From assembly GCA_964016885.1 (NCBI GenBank), contig OZ024743.1, forward strand, positions 258,168,001-258,232,000: 64,000 nucleotides of DNA, in the 5' to 3' direction. Below are positions 40,924 through 51,731 of this stretch, piece by piece (the stretch's first letter is position 1; each line of letters starts with the position of its first letter). The notes under the pieces are model-generated. The model was given only the letters and a program-made list of their open reading frames with translations, had not been told where the DNA came from and made no database searches. Both the position numbers and the translations under genes were made by a program. Source of the DNA: Eledone cirrhosa. Lineage: Eukaryota.

Positions 40924-43900
40924 TTATACTTCTCTTAGGTCAGTGTTGTTTGTTTGGGTGTTGTTGTTGTTCCACTCATTCTTTCTGTTTAGCTTTGGTC
41001 TTCTAATTTCTATTTCACTGGCCTCTCTGATTTGCCTATCTGCTGGGTCATTCCTATGTTTAGATATTATTCTAATTTCTATGTTGTCTATGTTACCGTC
41101 ATGTTGTTGTCTAGCATGTTCGTATAGTACTGACCCGTTTTTTCGTCCTTTTAGTTCCCCCCAGTGTTGGTCTATCCTTTCACCTATGCTACGAGCTGTC
41201 TCACCTATGTATGTTGTTGTCATGTTTCTGCAAGTACCCTCTGTACATCTTATGCTATAGACTACGTTTCTAGTTTTACACATTATCCGGGGGTTCACCT
41301 TACATATGATACATTTCCTATTGGTACAGTGGGTTTTCTTAAAAGGGTAGGTTTTGCTGATCAGGGATTTTATGGTGGTTCCTGGCTTTTCTACCACCTT
41401 TATTTTTAAGTGGGTCTTTCTCAGGGCCTTTCTACACTGGTTAGCTAATTTCCCTCCAGGGGTGGCGTCCACAAACATGACACTCTGATATCTCTGGTTG
41501 TCGTACCATGATGTGGCCTTCCCTATCTTATGTCTAGCCCTATCTAAGCTATTCCATGATTTGCTCCTGTATAGTGGGCAAATTCCTTTCATGTCCAGTT
41601 CTATGAGGGTCTTATACTTTTCCATGGCTCCTTCGTATACTCTGACTCTGTCTCTTTGGTTGTAGCCAGAGAACTGCATGCGGTTGATGAAGTGTTGGAT
41701 GTGTCCTTCCATTTCTGTTGGGTCGCACATGCTGGACACATTCTTCATCACTCGTACCAAATCTGCGATCAGAATATTAAACTTAGCACTACTGGACATT
41801 GCTGAGTTTTTGAGTATCAGGTATTTGGAGGCCATGGGTTTAGCATAGTGTGAGTGGAGAATTTGGGCTCTCTCGTCTATAGTGTTAATCCAGAGTTCTG
41901 TGTCTAATACAGGTAGTCTATTGTTAGGGTGTTTGGAAGGGAAGTCTATAGTTACAGTTATACTCTGGTGTATGGAATTAGCTATCTGCTGGATGCTTTC
42001 CATCGTGCTACGTTCTAAATCAAACTTGTTAGTGCTCTGTAGTGGGGATGTTCTTATAACTATATTGATATCGTCTACATAACGAGAGTACATGATGAGG
42101 TCTATGGAGCTTTCATTAAGGAGATCTTTAAGTCTCCTTTCCCACCATACCATGAAAAGGTTGGCAACATCACCAGCTATGCTGACGCCGATGGCTGCTC
42201 CCTTATTTTGGGTGTAGATTTTCTCATTGAACTTAAATATGTGGCCCTTTAGGGTAGTTTTGATACTAGCCCCTATTGCATGTGCGACCATTTTTCTTAC
42301 CTGATCAGTGTTTTGGGGGGTCCGTATAGCTTTGGTCCACCCAATCCACCTTCCTATGGGAGTCTTTTTAGCCATTGAGGTTATGGTGGGGGGGTCTACC
42401 TCTTATAGGTCTACTAGGGCAGAAACATCTAAGGTCATGGCTGTCTAGGTAGTCAGTGTCGTAGGTAAGTCTAAGTAGGAGGCCCAGTTCGTCTGTGTCG
42501 ACGTCGCAGAACTCCACCTCACTCTCAATGATCATCTCCACACATCTTTTCACAGCAAAATCAATGTTAATGGATGGGTACAGTGACACCACATCCATGC
42601 TGCCTATTATGCAGTTGGATAGGCTCCTGTTTTTGTTGCACTCACTGATTCTGCTGAGGAGGTCCTCTGTACTTTCACATACATCTGGGGACATCTTGAT
42701 TATGAGGCGTATAACCATTGAGAGGAAGTAGGAGATCCTGTAGTTGCTAGCTATATTAGCTCCGCATACGGGTCTTGTTGGTGGTCCTGTTGTCGGGTCG
42801 TCGACTGTTTTGTGGTCTTTGCGGAGCCCATACAAGGGTGGTATGCCATTGTTAGACGCCTGGAAGTTGTTGGCAGTGCGTCTGCTTGGCTTTAGGATGT
42901 CAGTCCACATCATCATGTGAACGTTGAGGATTTTTTCTCTCCCATCGTGTGTTAGTTGTGCAACTTCGCTCGTGTTGGTGATGTGGGGTTGCATTGCCCC
43001 GATGTAGTTCGGCATGCTATCTATTGACATCCTACCAGACTTATCTGTGGGTAGACACACTACCTCACCATCCCTTGTGCGCTGCTTGAGGCTAACCAAG
43101 CCTTCTACAGGTTTTATCCCAAGTTGTTGGGTCTCTGGTCTGCTCTGTCTCATAGTGTACCTGTCTACTACTTGTCTAATCTTATTTCTAGCTATGGTGA
43201 ACTGTGCCTCCGTCTCGTCATCTATTTGCTGTGGTATGCAAACTCTTTTATTAAAGGGTAACCTCGTAGGATAGATATTACCCATCTTATATGTTTTGTC
43301 AGCTGGGTTGAAAAATAGTTTCTCTAAGGGGTTGTCGTTATTTCTATCGTCATAGTTGTGTGTGTTGCTATTATTGTTATCATGGTGGTTGTTGTTGTTT
43401 CTATCATTAGCATTAATATTATTATTGTTATGATTGCTAGATGTATTGTTGTTTACTTCACCGTTATTGTTGTTGTTGTTACTGCTATTTCTACCATTGT
43501 GGTTGTTACTATTATTATGTTTCTTGTTTTTGTTGATGTTGCTACATGTACTATTTCCATTATTACCACTGTGGTTATTGTTGTTGTTGTTCGTATTGTT
43601 ACCGTTATTACTACTGTGGTCACTGTTGCTGTGTCTGTGATTAACGTTTCTATTATTATTATTATTATTGTGGTTGTTGTTGTTCTGTCTATCGCTAGTA
43701 TTATTGCCATTATCACTATTTCTCACTTTCCTGCCATTGTTATGGATATGGCTGTTATTTCTATACCCAGAATTATTGTTTATATTACTACTACCGTTAT
43801 TATTGTTGTTGTTGTTTACCTTTGCATTCCAACGTATTTTTGTGAAACACTTTTCCAGCTCCGTTTTGCATTCCATAGGCTTAATCTTTTTGTAGATGGT

Positions 43901-44557
43901 AAATTTTGGTGGTAACTTTAGGATTTGTTGTTCTTGTTCACTGATTAAAGTGTTCCCATAGATATTTACTGTGTGGTCATTGGTAAATTCTTCCGGTAGT
44001 TTTACATCACTCATACGGATGTTGTCGATGTTATCTGGGTATTTTTGAGAATATTCGATTTTCCTTTCTTGTAGTTTTTTCTTATTCATCCATTCTAATT
44101 TCTTCTTGAAATGCCTACAGCATTCGTTTTGAGCATATTTCGTTTCGCGTCGGATGACGCTCATGAAGTCATCTCTCTCGTTTGCTGTGATGAGATTTCT
44201 GATTTCCTTACCGTTGATGCGTTTTTGTCTGTAGAGTGCGTTGACTTTTGTGTATGTTGTTCTTTTCATATTAACTGTTATTGTGTGTTTTAGCCGTTCA
44301 GCTTGTGTTTTGTTCAATAATAAATTATTTACTTGTTTTGATATGTTTGTTGTGTATGTTTTGGAGGAAACACAGTGTTTTAAGAAGCGGATTTGTTCTG
44401 TTGTTATTGTAGTTTTTATATAACAGAAAACAGTGTCTTTCAATAACCTTTCAGCTTGGCACAAGCTAATGCCATAGCGGCGATGAATTAGTTTTGCGAG
44501 GTTTTTTATATGAAATCGTGTGTCGAAACAGATATTGTTATATTTGGGGAGGGTTAT
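40924..44557 (-). pseudogene. PLE polyprotein of about 1210 codons (N-terminal domain, Asn-rich insert, RT, GIY-YIG), with one +1 homopolymer frameshift and an ATG>ATA start
   Basis: ORFs 42368-44464 and 40924-42375 fuse if the G7 run at 42388-42394 is G6. The frame stays open upstream to ATA at 44557, where sister pLTRs have ATG. Confidence 0.85.
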
Positions 44558-44741
44558 ATTTGCGTAATATTGCCAGAATTAATAACAGAACACACTCACT
44601 GTTTGGTTGGTTTTCGCTTCTCGCTGTCTTTTATATATATATATATATCTGCGATCTAACTTACTCGGTCCTCAATGTTGCCATTGACTGACCGGCGGTC
44701 AAAAATAATACAGATACAATATATATAGTTTACATAATTTA

Positions 44742-44781
44742 CATAAATCTTTCGTTGCACATCTGCAACATCGTCAGTGGT
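44742..44781 (-). ncRNA. Minimal hammerhead in the 5' pLTR
   Basis: Same core and stem II as 40619-40660. Confidence 0.65.
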
Positions 44782-44991
44782 GTTATATTTATTGTTCCTC
44801 CTGTTGTGTTGTATGTATATATAATATATATATATATAATATATATATAATATATATATTATATATATATATAATATATATATTATATATATATATATAA
44901 TATATATATTATATATATATATATAATATATATATATTATATATATATTATATAGATATATAATATATATATAATATATATATTATATATA

Positions 44992-45028
<37 letters not shown>

Positions 45029-45285
45029 AAATAATTAAGTCAAATATGTAAAATTTGGCTTTGTTTATTATAAATTATAGATATACTGCTATATATACAT
45101 TTCGGTGACAGTCATCATTAGCTGTGGTCTCTTCAGGTACTCCGAATTAGTGTGGGAAAAACAAGTACACATGTTGTTGAAGTGTTTTATTCCGTCAATA
45201 CACCAATATTTCCAGTTCTGGGTTGTGTTGTTATTCCTCTAAGGAACTGGGATCATATTATATATATATATATGTATACAAGATA

Positions 45286-45316
<31 letters not shown>

Positions 45317-45684
45317 GTATATAAAAGTAAGTCCATAGAATCATTAGATAAAATATATACAGTATTTCTTCTCCCAATCAGCATAAATCAACCACACAAA
45401 AAAATCATTTAAACGAGGCTATAAGTTTAAAATATACTTTTGAAGAAACAATAGATAAATGATATAGCTTTTTATCCGCGACTCACAGCTACAGAAAAAT
45501 TACCTAGTATTTCTGATGGCCTGTAGAAATTGATTAGACATATAGTTAACCATACATAATTAGGTACAAAATCAAAGTTAGAAAAAAAATATACATAAAC
45601 ATATCAAAATGATCAAAATATCTCTACCCCCTTAGGTTTCATTCCAATTTTGGATATATCCGATCTTGGATGAATCAACGAGGT

Positions 45685-45744
<60 letters not shown>

Positions 45745-45778
45745 TCTATATATATATATATATTCTTTATATATATAT

Positions 45779-45841
<63 letters not shown>

Positions 45842-45844
<3 letters not shown>

Positions 45845-45952
45845 TGAGATTCGACAGGACTAGAACTGTTTCATTCTTTAGAAATCATCAGGAATCAGAT
45901 TCCTGATGATTTCTAAAGAATGAAACAGTTCTAGTCCTGTAGAATCTCATCT
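45842..45952. ncRNA. Palindrome of two back-to-back type I hammerheads (minus 45848-45896, plus 45898-45946)
   Basis: gattc-CTGATGA-tttctaaagaat-GAAA-cag(ttctagtc)ctg-T[A/C]-gaatc on each strand; 55-bp arms with a 1-nt spacer. Confidence 0.8.
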
Positions 45953-46029
45953 ATATTAAAACTTTTATACTCTGCAATGTATTGAGTACCTTACTTACTG
46001 TGGTTACCACCGACTCAACCCGGAATAAC

Positions 46030-46440
<411 letters not shown>

Positions 46441-46605
46441 GGGATAACAAAATATCATTATAGGTAATCCAGTTAGAGGTTTTGAATACTTATTATTATG
46501 AATAGTTTTAGTGTACGGCGTTGTTTGACTCAACAAGAGGTTTACGTAAATGACGAGTTTAGGATTTCACTTGTATTCCTATGTAAGTTATCTTGGAGTA
46601 GTAAC

Positions 46606-46932
46606 ATTGAGAAAGTGGAGAATAACATGGTCAACAGTACAAAAAAAAAGGGATTTATTTACAGTCTGACAATTGTTTCTCTGATAAAGTTGTCTATAAA
46701 TTGCTGAACACTATAAGCAGTGCCACTCAATTTCAAATACGATGCTAGCTCGATCAGATCATCATCAACAGTTCCTGATGATCTCATCGAGCTACCATCA
46801 TATTCGAAATTGAGTGGCACTGCTTATAGTGTTCACCAATTTTTAGACAACTTTATCAGAGAAACAATTGTTAGACTGTAAATAAATCCCCTTTTTTGTA
46901 CTGTTGACCATGTTTTTCTCCACTTTTTCAAT
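46606..46932. repeat. About 160-bp-arm palindrome with a degenerate hammerhead core at the axis
   Basis: Arms meet near 46765-46775. CTGATGA at 46775, GAAA at 46806, then a long stem III-like hairpin. Confidence 0.75.
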
Positions 46933-47674
46933 TTTATATATATATCAACTAGAAATTGATTGACATACATATATATATATATATCTAAAATAAACATGAA
47001 ACAATCACAGAGAATAATTTGTAAAATTATGTAAGCACACACAACCAGGTAGGTAACTAATTAAAGTTTAACTAGAACTTTAAAAATGGATACCTTATAA
47101 ATTGACTAATCTTCCTTGTATATATTTCATTAAAGAAATATATTTCACCATTAATCGATCGGTAAACCACAGTAGCCAAATCCGTATTTTCAACAAGGGA
47201 GAAGATCTAACTATCTATGTTTACACAGCAAATTCAAATCTGCGAATGACTAGCAGCACGTGTTGCATTTTTCAAAAATACACACATCGTACCAGCTTTA
47301 TCCCAGTGGCGTGAATAGGGTTATTGACAATTAGAAATAGCAGCCGCGTCCTTTCAACTAAGTTAGCTCTAATTAAGGGGCCGTGTATATATCCAAAATT
47401 AAATTAAGGGTGTCATGTCAGAGAGACATGCGCCATATCCACCGTAGAATATGCTCCAAGATTCCAATGAATAGATCCTATTCATTGCTCTCACCACCTC
47501 CGCCCAAGATTTTCGTGGTCTACCGCTACTGCGTCTTCCTTCTACTGGGATTTTTTGGCACTTCTTTACCAACGGTCATACTCCATGCACATCATATATC
47601 CATACCATCTCAGCCTTCTCTCCTGCACACCACAACTTATCCCTCTTGTACCCAGTTTCTTTCTCAACTCGTTT

Positions 47675-47859
47675 ATAATATATATATATATAATATATAT
47701 AATATATATATAATATATATAATATATATATATATATATAATATATATATATATAATATATATATAATATATATAATATATATATATATAATATATATAT
47801 ATATAATATATATATAATATATATAGTAATAATAATAATAATATATATAATATATATAT

Positions 47860-47923
<64 letters not shown>

Positions 47924-47939
47924 TATAATATATATATAT

Positions 47940-47974
<35 letters not shown>

Positions 47975-47984
47975 AATATATAAT

Positions 47985-48033
<49 letters not shown>
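47675..48033. repeat. (TA)n/TAA microsatellite
   Basis: Direct observation. Confidence 0.97.
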
Positions 48034-48034
<1 letters not shown>

Positions 48035-48410
48035 CATCATAATCACCGTTTTATATCTGTTCTTCCACGCTAGCATGGGTTAGATGTGTTGTCCTGTTGT
48101 GGGCAGTGTCTGGTCGGCTGACCTTGTCTTGCTCATACGGGAACTAATTCTGGCTTGATTTCTACAGCTGGATGCCCTTCCTAACACCAACCTTATGTGC
48201 TGAGTGCTTTTTTTCCATGGCGCCTACACCACCACTTTGCAGTGGAATGATAGGGACCCCAGTCCTATCATCTCATTTCTACAGCTGAGTAAACTGGAGC
48301 AATGTGAACTAAAGTGTCTTGCTCAAGGAATCAACACATCACCCGGTCCGAGAATTGAACTCACAACCTTTCCATTGCAACCCCAATGCTCTAACCACTA
48401 TGTGCCTTCA
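48035..48410 (-). mobile_element. SINE family B with RTE tail
   Basis: tRNA-like head near 48340-48408; tail matches 48800-48960. Confidence 0.82.
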
Positions 48411-48527
48411 TATATATATATATAATATAATATATAATATAATATATAATATATATATATTATATATATATATAATATATAATATATATATATATATATT
48501 ATATTATATATATATATTATATATTAT

Positions 48528-48680
48528 GCGGTGGATTGGCAGTATCAGTAGAGGGTCGGACGCAATGCTGAGTTCAAATCCCGCCGAGGTTAACTTTGCC
48601 TTTCATCCTTACGGGGTCGATAAAATAAAGTACCAGTAATGCACTGGTGAATTGCTGGCCTTGTGCCAAACGTAGAAACA
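48528..48680 (+). mobile_element. SINE family A with internal deletion
   Basis: Matches 5143-5328 but lacks the middle of the head. Confidence 0.82.
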
Positions 48681-48779
48681 TAATATATATATAATATATA
48701 TATATATAATATATATATATGTAATATATATATATATATAATATATATATATATGTAATATATATATAATATATATAAT

Positions 48780-48780
<1 letters not shown>

Positions 48781-48813
<33 letters not shown>

Positions 48814-49462
48814 CCGTTTTACGTCCGTTCTTCCACGCTAGCATGGGTTAGACGGGTTGTCCTGTTGTGGGCAGTGTCTGGTCGGCTGACCATGCCTTGC
48901 TCATACAGGAACTGATTTGGCTTGATTTCTACAGCTGGATGCCCTTCCTAACACCAACCTCATTTACAGTGAGTGGTGGGTGCTTTTTCGTGGTGCCTAC
49001 ACATCCACTTTACAGTGTGGGCTGGGTGCTTTTTTGCCGTGGCACCTCCACGACCACCTTGCAGTGGGAGCGTGTGGGGGCATATTGTCTATATGCTTCA
49101 GCTTGTACCCATGGGAGGTCGGGTACTCTGTATTACTGCGTGACGCCAGAGGTCACGGTCGTGTGTCATCGCCTTTGAGAGGTGTAATTGTGTAAGTTCG
49201 GCTTTTATCACCTCATCCCAGGTCATCTTGGGTCTCCCCACTCCGCGGTTTCCATCGACTTCTAGTGCTCTGCACCATTATATGCAGCTGTCATCCTTCA
49301 TACACATCACATGTCCATACCAACACAACCGCCTCTCCTGCACACAGCATTTGATTCCTCTTATGCCCTGTCTCTCTCTCAATTCATTTATGCTTTGTCG
49401 TTCGCATGTATTACTATTAAACATCCATTGGAGCATGCAGGCTCCGTTTCTCTCTAATCTAC
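48781..49462 (-). mobile_element. RTE 3' fragment
   Basis: MLQWMFNSN...GRPKMTW C-terminus, 3' UTR and (GAT)n tail. Confidence 0.85.
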
Positions 49463-49500
<38 letters not shown>

Positions 49501-49503
<3 letters not shown>

Positions 49504-50909
49504 TTTTGCGAGGTTTTTTATATGAAATCGTGTGTCGAAACAAATATTGTTATACTTGGGGAGGGTCATATTTGTGTAATATTGCCAGAATTAATAACAG
49601 AACACACTCACTGTTCGGTTGGTTTTCGCTTCTCGCTGTCTTTTATATCGGTAATCTAACTTACTCGGTCCTCAATGTTGCCATTGACTGACCGACGGTC
49701 AAAAATAATACAGATACAATATAGACACAAACACATATATATATAGTTTATCATAAATCTTTCGATGCACATCTGCAACATCGTCAGTGGTGTTATATTT
49801 TCCTCCTGTTGTGTTGTATGTCTACGCCATTTTTATTCAGTCTGTCTATATATTTATTTATTTATTTGTTTGTTTGTTTATTTTATTTCGTCTTCTTTGC
49901 GCATGCGTTTGCGTGTGTATATAGTGTTATGTTTGCTGTGTGATGGGTGACTAGTGTGTGTTTATGTGCTTGTTGTTATTTGCTTGTGTATGTATTTATT
50001 TATTTATTTATCTTATTTTATTTACTTATTTATACTTCTCTTAGGTCAGTGTTGTTTGTTTGGGTGTTGTTGTTATTCCATTCATTCTTTCTGTTTAGCT
50101 TTGGTCTTCTAATTTCTATTTCACTGGCCTCTCTGATTTGCCTATCTGCTGGGTCATTTCTATGTTTAGATATTATTCTAATTTCTATGTTGTCTATGTT
50201 ACCGTCATGTGGTTGTCTAGCATGTTCGTATAGTACTGACCCGTTTTTTCGTCCTTTTAGTTCCCCCCAGTGTTGGTCTATCCTTTCACCTATGCTACGA
50301 GCTGTCTCACCTATGTATGTTGTTGTCATGTTTCTGCAAGTACCCTCTGTACATCTTATGCTATAGACTACGTTTCTAGTTTTACACATTATCCGGGGGT
50401 TCACCTTACATATGATACATTTCCTATTGGTACAGTGGGTTTTCTTAAAAGGGTAGGTTTTGCTGATCAGGGATTTTATGGTGGTTCCTGGCTTTTCTAC
50501 CACCTTTTTTTTTAAGTGGGTCTTTCTCAGGGCCTTTCTACACTGGTTAGCTAATTTCCCTCCAGGGGTGGCGTCCACAAACATGACACTCTGGTCTCTC
50601 TGGTTGTCGTACCATGAGGTGGCTTTCCCTATCTTATGTCTAGCCCTATCTAAGCTATTCCATGATTTGCTCCTGTATAATGGGCAAATTCCTTTCATGT
50701 CCAGTTCTATGAGGGTCTTATACTTTTCCATGGCTCCTTCGTATACTCTGACTCTGTCTCTTTGGTTGTAGCCAGAGAACTGCATGCGGTTGATGAAGTG
50801 TTGGATGTGTCTTTCCATTTCTGTTGGGTCGCACACGCGGGACACATTCTTCATCACTCGTACCAAATCTGCGATCAGAATATTAAACTTAGCACTACTG
50901 GACATTGCT
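49501..50909 (-). mobile_element. 5'-truncated copy of the 40397-44817 Penelope (EN domain, pLTR with HHR at 49751-49790, 3' extension)
   Basis: ORF 50030-50909 is nearly identical to the C-terminus of ORF 40924-42375. Confidence 0.93.
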
Positions 50910-50925
50910 ATATATATATATATAT

Positions 50926-51722
50926 ATAAATGGAATATAATGAAACGAAATTTCATTTCTCACTCTTAGTACGGCACTTACTTAAATGTAAGTATGTATG
51001 TATGTATGTATACGTACATACATATATGTATACAGACGTACAGTAGTATGTATATATATACATACATGCACACATATATATATGCACGTATCGTTTTACT
51101 GAACATTTATTATAATGCTCGGTTTGTTTGTTTGTAAACAAACAGACAGCCCGAATTATGCCGTACAGCGTTTAGGCAACCACGTCACCTTTTTGTTCAA
51201 CACTGACACAGGAACGATGTACTAGTTTCAAGCTTATTAGCTATCGTCAGCATCGTATGCCTTCCTGCCAGATGTTTGAACGTCTGAAAGTATATACTTT
51301 CCTTATCTATATTAATGGCTGAGCAGCCTAATTTGCATATCAAGTGAGTTCAGTCGGCCGAGCACACCGAAAACGATAAATGGAATAGAATGAAACGAAA
51401 TTTCATTTCTCACTCTTAGTATGGCACTTACTTAAATGTAAGTATGTATGTATACGTACATACATATATGAATACAGACGTACAGTAGTATGTATACATA
51501 TGCATACATGCACACATATATATGCATGTATCGGTTTACCGAACATTTATTATAATGCTCGGTTTGTTTGTTTGTAAACAAACAAACCGAGCATTATAAT
51601 AAATGTTCGGTAAACCGATACGTGCATATATATATGTGTGCATGTATGTATATATATACATACTACTGTACATCTGTATACATATATGTATGTAAGTATG
51701 TATACATACATACATACTTATA
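50926..51722 (-). mobile_element. ORF-less HHR-bearing element: 450-bp-period direct repeat plus inverted end
   Basis: 50926-51144 repeats at 51376-51584; palindrome centred near 51575; hammerhead lies between the direct repeats. Confidence 0.65.
51214..51256 (-). ncRNA. Minimal type I hammerhead with palindromic stem III
   Basis: acgatg-CTGACGA-t agct aata agct t-GAAA-ctag-TA-catcgt. Confidence 0.8.
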
Positions 51723-51731
51723 TATATATAT

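Larger units (their letters stand above)
40397..44817 (-). mobile_element. Near full-length Penelope-like element with direct pLTRs
   Basis: Direct repeats about 40397-40695 and 44533-44817. RT motifs TDKSGR, LYGLRKDHK, MDVVSLYPSI, GAAIG, RYVDD, LPVLD; then C..C..C and GIY-YIG VVY..YIGET.R..R..QH. Confidence 0.95.

Noticed and set aside
45085-45140. Minus-strand CTGAAGA...GAAA motif
   Set aside because: The stem II base and stem I do not pair; at best a dead relic. Similar weak cases at about 7601, 10125-10190, 35290-35325, 35888 and 45513 were also not called.
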